The position numbers and the translations under genes were made by a program. Positions 1 to 13,245 of a stretch of DNA of 64,000 nt are shown piece by piece; the first letter of the stretch is position 1, and the number at the start of each line of letters is the position of its first letter. The notes beneath the pieces were generated by a model. The model was not told where the DNA came from, did no database searches, and saw nothing but the letters and a program-made list of their open reading frames with translations. The DNA is from Phoronis australis (Eukaryota; Animalia; Phoronida), in assembly GCA_002633005.1 (NCBI GenBank), contig NMRA01000114.1, forward strand, positions 120,724 through 184,723, written 5' to 3'.

Positions 1-3000
1 GCTGTAGTATATAATTACCCAATCCTTTTGTGCATAATGATAGAATAATTTCATCTTCAGCTATTGAATATTTGAGACAAGATGTATGTAATTGTTGGTT
101 CTAACTTTGGCAGGCATCATGAAATCCACTTTTACAACTGTGTGTAGAGCTGTGATACAAAGAGAATAAATTATTAGAAATTTGGGTTTCATTTCATGCA
201 GTGTAGTTTATTTATGCATGCCATGGTCACCCATGTTTTGTTTGAGCCCGAGTGTGAAACATCTGCGTCATGGGCGTGCATACCCTGAATCTCTCTACAT
301 AATGGTTGGAGGGCGTCCTTATTTAAACTCGGGGACTACATAATTTCTATGTTAGAAAATGGGTGTTTGAGGCACTACCAAACAAGGAAAAACTTTGCCT
401 TACATTGTTCCCTGCCCGGCCGAATCTCACCCACCCTAATCACCCACAGGACCGCGTGGAAATTAAATGTAGTTAGGAGGCTACCCTGTCGGATTGTTCT
501 AAAACCCGCAACCCGCACCCCACATAATCATATTAGGTCGCTGAATGACTTTCCCATAAGACTTGCCTACACGCGAACCTGCTCTGGCTTAAGTCTGGTC
601 ACAGAAAGTCACGGGCATAAGAACATGATCTGAAATAGCGTGTTATTGTTGTCCTGGAAGTAGTTCCGCGAGCGATTACCAATGGCTCTGTTCTACTAAA
701 CTTGGGGAGGTAGTACGTTAACATGAATGGACATACAATCCTGTAGTTTCACATTTTCATTATTTGCTTTCTGTTGTATACTCGTTTACATACATGTACT
801 GCATGTAACGTTTAGATACTATTAATTGTAGTTAACACTTTGTTTTTTTCAAACTGCTACTGAGGCAATTACAATATTCGTCGGTTCCTCGCACATTTGT
901 CACGTTGGTAGGTCTTTGATTTGATTTGGTCGCGTTTTTTTTCTCTTTTTGGATTTCAAACTCGCCGAATCGACTCTCTTAATTGCAAAAATGGAGAAAA
1001 GCCAGCCGAGCTTACGGCCAGACTCGTTGGTCCTGCAGGTCAGCACTTATTCTATGTTCAGATCCAGTCGAACTTGTGTTAACTGGGTCGAGGGGAGAGT
1101 TGGTCGAAGGCAGTGGCAGATTTAGGGGATCGAGCACGGGACCGTGGCCCCCTAAAATTCTTCCAGATTCCATTTGGCAGTGCGGTGTGTGAATGTCTTA
1201 GTGACGGGTGAAGTGATCTTGGGAACACAGAGCTGAGAGTCGTGTTTACAGATTTCCCTTCCCCCTACTAGTCAAGCTGCGTCAAGGGTCTTATCAATAA
1301 CTCTACAGTGTCGACGTTCGCAAAATATCAAAGGTCCACCGTAATAGAAATTCGAACCACCCCCCTGCGCAATGCTGGCTACGAGCCTGCCAGGCCCGTA
1401 GCCACTCTCTCTCTCCGCGGAAAAGGTTCAGTCCCAGCCTTTCTGTTAAATACGGATACAGATGGACGACAAACTTGTTGCAGCTACTGGTACTACTCAC
1501 TACAATGATAACTGAGTTAGTAATAATTTTGAATTTGCTTCTGATTCAAAGCGCTTCACGTAATCATCGGACCGTCCCCGACCAACTTCGCCCGAGTCAC
1601 GGTGTTTGCGTAGATGACAGGATCGCCGTGCAGATGATTAGAAGAGACGGCTACATAGTAGGGTAACAAGGGAGTTTAGAAGTAAATGTCTATACGTGAC
1701 GTAGCTAAGTATACAGCTGGGAGCCAAAGAGCTCCCAAAAATTCACAGTGCGGTGTGAATGTCTTAAAATCGACCAAGAAACTAAAAAGCAGAAAATAGG
1801 TTTGTTACGTGATATTGCTTGCTGGCATAGCACGGTAAAGGGCAGGCGTTTTCAAATTCGGAATTAAGAGTGCTCGTTCAATACATGTGTGTTGCACCCA
1901 GCCTTCAAAATGGGGGGGCTCGAATTCCTGACGTTGTGGACCTTTTGCTAACAAAAGAGGGGGCGGACTAAAAAAAAAAACACTGTGAAGTGCGCGTTTG
2001 TGATTATTTAGTCCCATTTTCTTGCACTTTTTGTCTCTCTGGGGCGGACCTTCTTGCCCACNCCCCCCCCCCCCCCTGTTACGCGCATGTGTTGTTCATC
2101 CAGTTTCCACTTCGATTGTGGATTGGTGGATATGCGTGTCGGCAGTAAGTTAACTCAATAGGCAGTGCTCCGCTGTTGCTCAACTTAAACCAGAAATTAA
2201 CTGCAACCGTGTTCTCTTGCTCTGAGAAAACTCCGACGAGCATGCTCACATTTTTTTGAGAAAAGTAGATTTACTGGCCAATAAAAACTTTGGTCAATGA
2301 AGAAGGACTTCTCTTGTCAATAGTGTCAATGGTGCAGAGCCTCACAAACTTCATGCGAGCAACTAACTTGATGGAAAAAATTTCCAAGTTTAGATGCCGC
2401 TATTCCGAAGGTTTGCTACTCCGAATGTCCACTACTCCAAAGGTTCTTAATATATTGATTACATTATTAATGAGCTCAGTTCCAATCACTGCCAATCGTG
2501 ATTTTTAATCAAAATAACCATTCATTCTCAAGCAGGGACAACATCTGGGGCACGGGTCAAGGCTGTGGCGACCAACGGTTTTAAATTTAAAAAGACTGAA
2601 TGGGGCTCTCTGACTTCGTGGAGACTGGCACGGACAGGGTAGCTTCTTAACTACATTTCATTTCGACCTGGCCGTGAGCGTGGTTCCGGTGGGTAAGGTT
2701 CAGGCGCAGCAGCCCTAAACTTTTCAGTCGCGCTGTGAAATGATGCGACCTTGACATATGGCTTTGATGAATGTATCGTGGTTAACAATTCATCAATATT
2801 TCTACTTCATATTTTTTTAAAATGTAGTAACGTTCTCATTTTTCCGTGTTCGTATGACACGGGCAATCTTACGTGCGCATGAACTACCCGGGCGTTAATT
2901 GTTTTGGGTATAGGTACAACACTCAGTGTATCTAATAACCAAAGTATCATTCATTTTTGCATGTAAAAGTATAAAACTTTTATACTTTGACTTTCACATG

Positions 3001-4941
3001 AGTTGAAAAATTTAGATCTTTTCGTAGTAGTGAACCTTCGAAGAAGTGGCGGGGAGTAGTGGACTGTTCCCATTTCCGGCCAACGACGTAAGAAACTTTG
3101 AAACACGCAAAAATATACTAGGGAAAAAATTTCGTCAAGTCATTCTCCGACTAAATATTTCTGTCCCAGTAGGTATAATCCCTCATTTAAGCACGTCTGA
3201 TTTGAAAATTTGGTAGGAAGTAACGCGAGAACGGTTTGGACCACATTACATCCGAATTTGAGTCCCGTTCTTTGCGAGCATCCTCATCTCTCGCTGGTAT
3301 TACTAATTCCGTCTCACAGAGTTGAGAGTCATCGTTGTATATAAAAAATTCCCTTCCTCCTAATTAAACTGCGTCAACTGAGGGCTTTAATGAAAACTCC
3401 ACAGTGAGTGTCGACATTTGCAAAATATCAAAGGTCCAACGTTCGAGAAAGTTCGAACTGCACCCGGCCCCAGTGCGCAATGTTGGACACGGGCCTGCCT
3501 TACACATAAATATCGGATGGACCCTAAATATCGGGACGTTGCATAAAATCTTACTTGGAGCACAACACACAAGCTGGAATTTGGCGACAAGGTGCCTGCG
3601 GCCATTTCTTGGCAAGTCAGCTTTCCGCTTCCGCCATGATATGGCGGTGTGGCGTGTGCGGAAACATGATGTCTGATATTTAGGTTCTCCCGGCGAAGGT
3701 TTGCTAGTTGTGTTTTTAGTCAGTCAGAAAATAAATGTGGCTTTCGATGACAAGATATAGTAACTGAATAATTCCGTTTAGTTAAGTCTTTGTTTCAGCA
3801 AAAAAATTACACTGCAATGAAATATAATGCAAAATGTGCCAAAACGTCCGATATTTAAATCGTTTGACTATATCAATCACTGCAATCGCCGCCACTTCGC
3901 TAATTTACTCTGGTAATTAGGCACCGGCGTGCGGAGTACTCCCTAAACACTCGCACTTCACTCGCGTGATTTTGCGTAGCCGTGCGTGGTCCCGTTTTTG
4001 TTTCTTGCGTTTACGGAACGCACGTCATTTATCGTCCGTAGGCCAACTTTAAAATGTCTAGTTACGTTTGAAATTTGAATAAGTTATGAAAGATGAATTT
4101 GCAACGAAATGAATGACGGAGAAAAGGGAAATTACAATTGGCATTTAATTACAATGAATACCCGCTTGGATCGACTCGTCACGGTTATTCTGCGAGTCCA
4201 GACAGCTTATTTCCATATTGCAATTCCTTACAGAACTCGTCTTATCAGGGAAGGATAATTGAGCGCGTACTTTTTCCTGATCGAAGGCTGAAATATACTT
4301 TATTTCCACGTGTGTAAATTCAGTCATAGTGAGCTGATTTTTATTATTCGAGCACCGATACGTGTATATGTATATGTATAATAATTAATTGTGTGTAGTT
4401 TTTCAAAAAGTCGTTATATACTTCGGTAGGCAGAATTGTTCATTACAGTTTATGACCTTGCTTTCAACGCTCAGTTTATTCTGTGCCTGTGAAGATGAAT
4501 TATTATAGTTGGGAGATTTTAACCCGGCAACTCTGGATTTCAAAAAATCTATGTAGATGACAAACCCATGTAATTATAATGCCAAAGTGAATTCCGCGGG
4601 TAATTTTCAGTAAATCAATTTGAAATAGGGGTCGAGTGTCACAAGGAAAAAACAAGGGATATTATATACAATCAACCAGTATAGTAGGTCTAGTTTGTGT
4701 TCGCTGACTGATTTCTAATTAAAAGTGCTTGTTGGATGACATGTCAAGCTCTCGGTGAAAACGGCGATTGTTGACTTCGGGCATCTTGATGAAAAACTCA
4801 GTGTCGACAATTTGTAAGAATTTATAAATTTTAGACGAAAGGACGCCGAGCATAGACCGTCACCGTGTCTGGCGAGGATCGACTAACGCAACAGAGGCAG
4901 GTGAGATCTTGGTGAGCTCACAAATGGTCAACTATACAATA

Positions 4942-5985
4942 TCGGGTGTCCCAAAAACTGAGTAAGCCAAATTTCGACAAGTATTTTCTTAGCAACGATT
5001 AACCATATTTTTCAAATTTCCACTGTTGAACTTTAGGATATCATCAACAAATGTACAAAATATGAATGAGATCTGTGTCCAGTTGTGTGAGTACTGTCAA
5101 ATTCAAAACACCATGTCGAAAATATAATATCAAAGGGAAGCTCAATTATTTCTATGCTCAGTGTGGCCAGCTTCTTCCTACACGACTAAACGGAGTTGTT
5201 TCTTCCACTAAACCAGAAACGCTTTTCCGTATTTCTTCCATCGAGATTTCCTCCCATGACATAATTATCCTGCCTTTCAACTCCTGCTTAGTCAATTTGT
5301 TTCTCATTCTCCGGTAAATTTTCTCCTTCAGACAGCCACGTGTGTCATAGTCCATTGGACTGTAGTCAAAACTGAGCGGAGGCCACTCGTCCTTTTTGAT
5401 GAATTTTGGTGTGGCCTCCTCCAGATGAGCCTGGGTTATCTTTCTCGTGAGTGAAGGAGCCCCATGTTGTTGAAATACGTAATTGTTTCCAGGAAAGAGT
5501 CGACTGCAATACAGAGAAGATTTTCATCCAATAACGGCATGTAGCGTTGGCTGTTAACTTTGGCTCTATCAGTGTCAATAAAACGAATATTTGTTTTCCT
5601 TCCCAAGATACTCTAGCGGAAACCAATACTTGTTAGGAAAATCTGAAAGTCTCACGATAGAGTCGTGAAGGCTGAATTTCTCGTTTTTGTTTCTCATAAA
5701 CACGATTGTTTTGGCGATTTTTAGCGATTTCTATGGTAAAGTCTTTTTCATTAGTAAAAATAATTCTTTTCACATCAGTGGCTGAATAGTGGTCATGCAA
5801 GTAGCGGCATCGAGTTTTTCTTCCCTTCTAACGTTTTAGTCTCTCCGTGATACCCACATTCTTTTGGTCGAAGGGTTTGAACTCTAGTTTTTTTGCCATT
5901 GTTTGCACATAAAACTTGCTCACTTGTAAATTCCTTGGGACTTCTCTCAGAGATATGTGATTCCCGGGTTGTCCTCCGGGTACTG
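4942..5985 (-). mobile_element. Tc1/mariner transposon remnant (degenerate transposase, one terminus)
   Basis: Minus-strand fragments MDYDTRGCLKEKIYRR...ELKGRIIMSWEEISMEEIRKS and VSARVSWEGK resemble the Tc1 C-terminal (P.DY..WG.LK..VY) and mid-DDE regions; TA followed by TCGGGTGTCCCAAAAA at 4940-4957 resembles a Tc1 terminus. Frameshifted; right boundary approximate. Confidence 0.7.
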
Positions 5986-5989
5986 AATC

Positions 5990-6320
5990 AGTTCCTCAAC
6001 ACGATACTCGTTTTCTTTCGAACATGCAGTCCGGCTGGGGCATCCCACTACAGGCCCGTAGCCAACATCAAGCGGGGGTGGGGGTGGTTCGAATTTCTAG
6101 AACGAAATTTGTAATACGAGAAATCAGGCTGCCGTAAAGGTTGCTTGCAAAGAGCGTAGCTCAAATTCGGGTGTAATGTGGCCCAGAAAGTATCGTGGGC
6201 CGTACGGGTGAAAGCGTCGCGCGTAATTGCGACGGGACTTCGCTCGTATTTTATGACCGAAATCGTTATATCCAATGAGAAATTGCTTTGTTGGTTACGT
6301 GAGCTCTGAAGCAGTTGGCC
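5990..6320 (-). repeat. Dispersed repeat family; related pieces at about 1230-1400, 3180-3500, 54530-54860 and 56975-57330
   Basis: Shared blocks, e.g. GTCGAC(G/A)TT(T/C)GCAAAATATCAAAGGTCCA at about 1310, 3409 and 57255; CCACATTACA..CGAATTTGAG at 3241, 57098 and reverse-complemented near 6165. Confidence 0.75.
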
Positions 6321-6469
6321 AAACAACATACTACGATATTCTCAACCATTTGGAATTTGGTAAGGATTTGATATCACAACCTACATATGAACAACATACA
6401 TTTCCAACGCTTCTGCAATGAATTCACTGTCATCACTTTCATTAATTGTCATCATTAATTATCATTATC

Positions 6470-7479
6470 CAGTGGCGGATCTAGGATATCACAAGGGGGG
6501 GGGCCCAACATTTTGTCCGGTTAGAAGCATTTGCGCAAACTGAACCACGAATGTAGATGCGCATAGCACCGAATGGGGGGAGGTCGGGAGGGGGCAAACC
6601 CCCCTCCCGCCGAGGAAATTTTTCTGTTTTTACCTCTAAAAATCGAGCATTTTCCTTGATTCCTGAAGTATTATCCAAGAAAAAAGGCAAAAAAAAAACC
6701 AGAGAACGTGTCAAACAGGAAAAGTGCAAGGAACCAGAGACTCGAACTCACAACCTGGCGAATAGAGCGCGCGTGGTTTACCACTACACCACCACGATTT
6801 AACTACTACTTCTATACCTACTTGTTTACGGTCCACAGCGTTTGCGCGCGAAACCTACTTCTTTTTGTAATGCTTATTACACGTTTTATATTTTGTGCCA
6901 TCAATTCTTAACAAATTTGTCGTATTTGAAATAGTCTTCAAATGCCCAAAAGACCAAATCCATTTTTCGTGTTGGCAATAATGACGGGATTGCTTTGGAA
7001 ACCGTCTTAAGATAAGGTTTGACAAAGAGAGTATTGCGAGTTTCTGAGTGATTCACTAAGGCTTCGATTAAAATTCACATCTTACCAGCAGCTTCTGTTT
7101 TTTCATCGTCACTCAGGTTCCATTTTCTTTAAAAAATGAAGTAAATTTTCTTCATTGCACAGTGGAGCAGACGACGGAAACGGAGTCGTAGTGCGCAGCG
7201 CCGCTGCCGGTCGCCTAGGATATCGCGGGAGATTCTATACTTAGCCATAGTTCCGTTACGAACGCGCCGTGTTCCGAATTTGACACTTGAAATTGGATTT
7301 GAGCCCCCCCCCAACACTAAAACTGCACACATTTAAATCTTTTTTCATCCGTATAATTTTAATTACCGGGGTTAATTAATAAACTCACCATTTCCCTACG
7401 CTCTTACTGTTTTATTTTTTTTGCCGCAGCCAAGGGGGGGGGCCCGGGCCCCCTGGGCCCCCCCCTAAATCCGCCTATG
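6470..7479. mobile_element. GC-rich non-autonomous DNA element with 5-bp TSD, carrying a nested dispersed repeat
   Basis: Imperfect TIR CAGTGGCGGATCTAG / CTAAATCCGCCTATG; TTATC on both flanks; internal 6785-7225 recurs at 11605-11944 and 12423-12850. Confidence 0.7.
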
Positions 7480-7639
7480 TTATCCACATTGCAGTTCATC
7501 GTCATCTGTCACATGGAACGACACACCATGCAGTACTGACATCCACGTGCATGATAAAATGTCAACATTTTACATTAGGCTACACATTAATTTTTTAACA
7601 ACACAACGCACACTTTCTAGGTTTCTTCATCCACTCCAT

Positions 7640-9600
7640 CATTTATATCCTCATTATTGTCATCAAAATTTGTTTCTTGAGATCTCGTCTTCACACAATT
7701 TGGACAGTTACACAAATTAGGACATGGCATGCCAGACTTCAAACACTTTTGTACTACAATCACCCTTTTTACACTTGCAATTAACATTTTCATGACATTT
7801 CCTGGGGTGCTAAAGGCAGTGGAACTTCAGACTACCCGGTTCCAAAAGTCACCCGTTATCAACTGGAGGTGGTGCACTGACATGCTGTTGCAAGGCTCGT
7901 TTATGGTACACTGGTAGTTTGTTCGTATGGCATGTAACAGCGAACAATCATTTTAGGAGACACAGATGATCCCATCACAGATTTCAACCTGGATACATGT
8001 ATGTGGTAACGTGCTGTGTTAACTGTTGATGACGAGTCGCGGTACAGCTTGCATACACACGGTTCAAAGTCCTTCATGAGTTGACCTGGAAACACAAATG
8101 TTGAGCCCAACTTTAATGACAAAGTTTAAAAAATATCTCTGCAACCCTGCTCCCTACGGGAATAAAAACTTTTTGTCAACCTGAATACCGTATCATCTAA
8201 ACTCTTCAGCCTTGTTACAGTAATCCTTATTTATTACTGAAACACATAACCAAATGCTCTTCACTTTAGCACACAGTATGGTCGACAAGTGAAATATTAT
8301 TTTGTCGACGTGGTCAGCAAAAGTAAGCATTAAGAGAAATGAGCATCATTACTAGCATTGATTGTACTGTGCAGCTGCCTTCAAACAATTTAAGACATAG
8401 AATTTATTTTGTAGGTCAGCCTTTGAAAATAGAGGAATGGTACTTTTGGCAATAGTTTTTGTGTGAAATTGAAAAGCGTTTTATTTATCGTAGACCTAAA
8501 ATTTCTTTTGACGCTTCCTGTGTTAGGAAACTGAAAGAGTAAAAATTTCCTACGCTAAAAACTCTCCAATTCAAGAATCTCCAAAATGTGAGACACGGAA
8601 ATCTGAGCAACGTTTGAATTTTCAAGATAATGAATTACAGAACACGGGCAATATTTGCATTTTTATATTTCTCAAATTCCAAACACAGCTCACGTGTTTA
8701 CATAAAAGGGTCAGAAAATAGGCTTGGAAGTTATAAAAAGCAGTGCTGATCACTCATATGTACGTAAAAACTATTGGCAGTATCTTTGGACGGCTAATTC
8801 TTTAAATGTAACAAGCAAACTAATTCATTGACTTTGATTTGTGGCAAATGATACACTGAAGTGGCAACGCATATACATTTCTTTGAGCACTGTTAAATCA
8901 AAGATTTTATAGTTACCTGGATATAGTATCTATGGGTAAATGGAACTGACGGTATCGTTCATTCATCAGCCAAGTCTTTTTCTTTTTTAAGAGCTCTTTT
9001 AATTTTTGTTACATCCGTAAAGTTTCTGTAACGCTGCTTGAGATAGAAGAGCTCTGTTTTTCCACAAAAACTTAAAAAACTTCTCAGCACTAATACTTTT
9101 CTTGCACTCAATGTTGATCCATTTGTTTGCAGTAGCATTCGTTCACGTAATGTCTGAAAATTCCAGGACGTCAGAACTTTGAGCAGAATGTGGGACATGA
9201 ATGTCAGTCTATTGTGAATTCTCTTACTCGTTCAATAATTCACGTTATCAGCAGTGTACTAGCTGGCCCAAAACTGCTGCTTGCGGAAGCACAAAATGAT
9301 TCAAGAACACGCCAAGAATTGCATGCATGTCAGTATGATGACACTTGCCACTTGACTCAAACAGAATCTTTGCTTGACGTGGCTTTTCTCAATTCCTTGC
9401 TGCTGCCTGCAAGTTTATGAGCCTCGACCCTTGGTAATTGCCATATTACTTGCACACCCATCCAAGAATTAACACTTTTCAATGTAGACAGTAGCTGTAA
9501 ACAAGTTAGCCAATCCAACAGGATAACATAAGTTGGCTGTCCTCTGATGAATGCTGTCATGAAGCAGATAACTTGGGAATGGGAACAGTACGGACACAAT
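7640..9600 (-). mobile_element. Academ-like transposase remnant
   Basis: Frameshifted minus-strand fragments DFEPCVCKLY...VNTARY followed by a Cys-rich tail (VNCKCKKGDCSTK..KSGMPC..LCNC.NC), the C-terminal architecture I associate with Academ transposases. Boundaries approximate. Confidence 0.55.
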
Positions 9601-9834
9601 ATATTATTTTCGCGGCATTTGACAACATATTAGTGGAGGCTATTTTTCCAACTTTTTAGTGTATTCTGAGTGTTGCTCCCATGGTCACAATTTTGGTTGC
9701 TCCCCTGACCATTCACAACATATGCTGAGGTGGTGTATAAGTGAGAATATTTAGTTGTACCCAACTATTCCCAACTTAACCCAACTTATCTTGCCATCAC
9801 CACTAATGCAAGCCTGTTGCTGACATCATGATAA

Positions 9835-11480
9835 AGGAGCATGCCACCCAAAAAAAATCAATTTTGTATCAATTTAGGTCGAGTAGTTCTACTCGATAAA
9901 GGCACGTTCGGTTGCGTTACCTGACACCTGAAGGCAGACGAAGGTGTTGAAATTATCCAATGACGTCATTGGTTTCACACGCAGTCTGTTCAGCAGTTCA
10001 AAACACGGGTTACTGGTGTCAGCTTTTCGCTTCAATCCATTGTTTTTAAACGATAAGTCATGAAACTACGATGTAAAACCCTTAAAAATACACCGAGTTC
10101 TTATAAAAACGTGTTATTTTATTTTGCTGTTACGCATTTATTGGTATTTGGACACACCGTAGCCTACAACGTTCGGCAGGCCAATTTACCAAGGTCCGTA
10201 GCAGGAGTTTGGGTTCTGTTCGGAGATAAATTCGAAGTATTTTTCCCTGAAATACAGACAGGAGAACCTAGATCTGTGTTGTTTAGACTTGTGATTTTTT
10301 GAGTTCTAGACACACAAAACGCTTGTAATCCCGGCCAGTGGCTCGGAACCCGATCAGGCCCGTCGCGGCCGAACTGACTCGTTATCTCGGCCAGTGGCTT
10401 GGAACCCGATCAGGCCTGTCGCGGCCGGACTGAAGACATCACGAACATAAACCAGTCAAAGTTGGAAACTAAACTTCCAATCAAGAAAATACCATACTAG
10501 TGAGCCAAAGAAGTAATGTGCACGTGATTATTTTGGTGAATTAGCCATCTACATGTACTTACTCGTCGGGAGCCGCGAATTCAGAATTCCCTGGCCACAG
10601 AACCGTCAGGGCAGAAGCTGTACTTTGACAATCATTATTTGAATAATGTATACGTAAATAAAGATTCCCCTAACATCTGGCCGTGGGATAGAAAATCGAG
10701 CTATATAGTTTCTGTCAGCAAACACTGAATGAGCATGCGCTCACACAGCCTCGGTGGCCGGTCAATTAGTTTTACTGCATCCAAAGCCGGTAACGCACTG
10801 ATTTATTCATTGCTGGCTTCTCAAATCATTTGCACTCACGAACATTCCAAAGGCATTACAAATTGCATCTAATGAGAGAGACTTTGTTTCAGTTTTATAT
10901 AAGTATTGGTTAGGCTGAGAATAATTCTTTTGAAATACAATGCTCAGTAATAAATGTCCACATGGCAACTCGCAACCCCGACTTAGACGAGAGCTCAACC
11001 GACGAAGTTTTTGCAGGCTATCAGTTCGAACGGAATGCAGTGATGAAGAAATACTAGAGAGGCGCCGTGAACAAGCTCAGGCAACGGAACGTATGGATGG
11101 TTATTTGGTAAGCCGGCATTCGTCAGACTCACTGTCGACGACTGCAGGCCACAGACACGGAGATATTTCACAGCCTCATACTTGCTATTTACAGCGTACT
11201 TTTCATTCTTCACAACCGCGAGCCACTTCCTAAGCATTTCGGACTCTCGAGGAAGTCGAAAAAACGATATACCTGCTTTCCTCGCAGCGGGAGTGATGCA
11301 CTGCAACATAGCGGCATTCACTCTTTAAATGAACCACTGACGTCGCTGCGTCGTTTCTCACCTTCCTCAAAGGTCAACCCGATACCTCTCGGCAAGGTAA
11401 GGTCGACCGTATGCGAGGCTATGTGGATACAGACCGTTAAGACGGTAAAACATACTAATTAAATCGGCTGGCATTCTCCT
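9835..11480 (-). mobile_element. Kolobok-like non-autonomous element with THAP-domain remnant (copy 1)
   Basis: TIR AGGAG(C/A)ATGCCA / TGGCATTCTCCT, flanks ATAA / TTAA; ORF 10995-11321 has THAP-like SFFRLPRESEMLRKWL...LRVC; co-linear with 62152-63874. Confidence 0.8.
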
Positions 11481-11944
11481 TTAATGTTATCAAGCTGCTC
11501 CTGCAGGTGGCGCAGCGATTAGTGGGACTAGTACTGAATAAGTTAAAATGCGTGATTGGTGTCTCTAACATTGTGAGCCTTTGGATGACGTCATGTACGT
11601 TATCTACACCACCACGATTAAACTACTAATTCTTACTAAAAGACCTACTTGTTTATGGTCCACAGCGTTTGCGCGAGAAACCTACTCCTTTTTGTAATGC
11701 TTATTACACGTTTTATATTTTGCCGTGCCATCAATTCTTAACAAATTTGTCGTATTTAAAATAGTCTTCAAATGCCCAAAAGACCAAATCCGTTTTTCAT
11801 GTTGGCAATAATGACGGGATTGCTTTGGAAATCGTCTTAAGATAAGGTTTGACAAAGAGAGTATTGCGAGTTTCTTAGTGATTCACTAAGGCTTCGATTA
11901 AAATTCACATCTTACCAGCAGCTTCTGTTTTTTCATCGTCACTC

Positions 11945-12114
11945 NNNNNNNNNNNNNNNNNNNNNNNNNNNNNNNNNNNNNNNNNNNNNNNNNNNNNNNN
12001 NNNNNNNNNNNNNNNNNNNNNNNNNNNNNNNNNNNNNNNNNNNNNNNNNNNNNNNNNNNNNNNNNNNNNNNNNNNNNNNNNNNNNNNNNNNNNNNNNNNN
12101 NNNNNNNNNNNNNN
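11945..12114. other. Assembly gap (run of N)
   Basis: 170 consecutive n characters. Confidence 1.
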
Positions 12115-12762
12115 TGCACTGCAACATAGCGGCATTCACTCTTTAAATGAACCACTGACGTCGCTGCGTCGTTTCTCACCTTCCTCAAAGGTCAACCCGA
12201 CACCTCTCGGCAAGGTAAGGTCGACCGTATGCGAGGCTATGTGGATACAGACCGTTAAGACGGTAAAAACTACTAATTAAATCGGGTGGCATTCTCCTTT
12301 AATGTTATCAAGTTGCTCCTGCAGGTGGCGCAGCGATTAGTGGGAATAGTACTGAATAAGTTAAAATGCGTGATTGGTGTCTGTAACATTGTGAGCCTTT
12401 GGATGACGTCATGTACGTTATCTACACCACCACGATTAAACTACTAATTCTTACTAAAAGACCTGCTTGTTTATGGTCCACAGCGTTTGCGCCAGAAACC
12501 TACTCCTTTTTGTAATGCTTTTTACACGTTTTATATTTTGCCGTGCCATCAATTCTTAACAAATTTGTCGTATTTAAAATAGTCTTCAGATGCCCAAAAG
12601 ACCAAATCCGTTTTTCGTGTTGGCAATAATGACGGGATTGCTTTGGAAATCGTCTTAAGATAAGGTTTGACAAAGAGAGTATTGCGAGTTTCTTAGTGAT
12701 TCACTAAGGCTTCGATTAAAATTCACATCTTACCAGCAGCTTCTGTTTTTTCATCGTCACTC
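12115..12762 (+). repeat. Near-identical copy of 11297-11944 across the gap (probable false/allelic duplication)
   Basis: Both copies run from TGCACTGCAACATAGC to TCATCGTCACTC, differ only by scattered substitutions, and abut the gap exactly. Confidence 0.85.
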
Positions 12763-13245
12763 AGGTTCCATTTTCTTCATTTCACAGTGGAGCAGACGAC
12801 GAAAACGGAGTCGTAGTGCGCAGCGCCACTGCCGGTCGCCTGGGATATCCAAGTCCAGATTATCTCTTCTACCTTGGCTGATAAGCGTAGCTAGACTTCG
12901 CAACCATTCACTCTCGCTCCTCCCTGCCCGCAGTCACCATCAATTTGGTATCCCTGCCCCCAGGTCACCATCTAATTCCCCTTCATCCTATCGATCGCCA
13001 CCGATTTCAGCTCTCTTCTCTGTATTCTCAGTAGATGAGCCATTGAATGCTCCGCTGACTATTTTTTTCTTATTTTGCCCGAATGATTGTGATAGCGAAG
13101 GTCACGGGCTTTTGTTCAAGCAGGCTTTCATACTTTGTTGTCTGTCACAATCAAATTACACTAGCGTTACACATTTGTCTGCACTCTGTTGTTTAAAGAG
13201 ACGCTTTAGTATCATTCTGCATATTGTAGGCGTAAGTTCTTGACA

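Noticed and set aside
2290-2660. Possible LINE endonuclease fragment
   Set aside because: Only a vague GDFN-like echo (NRDF); insufficient to call.
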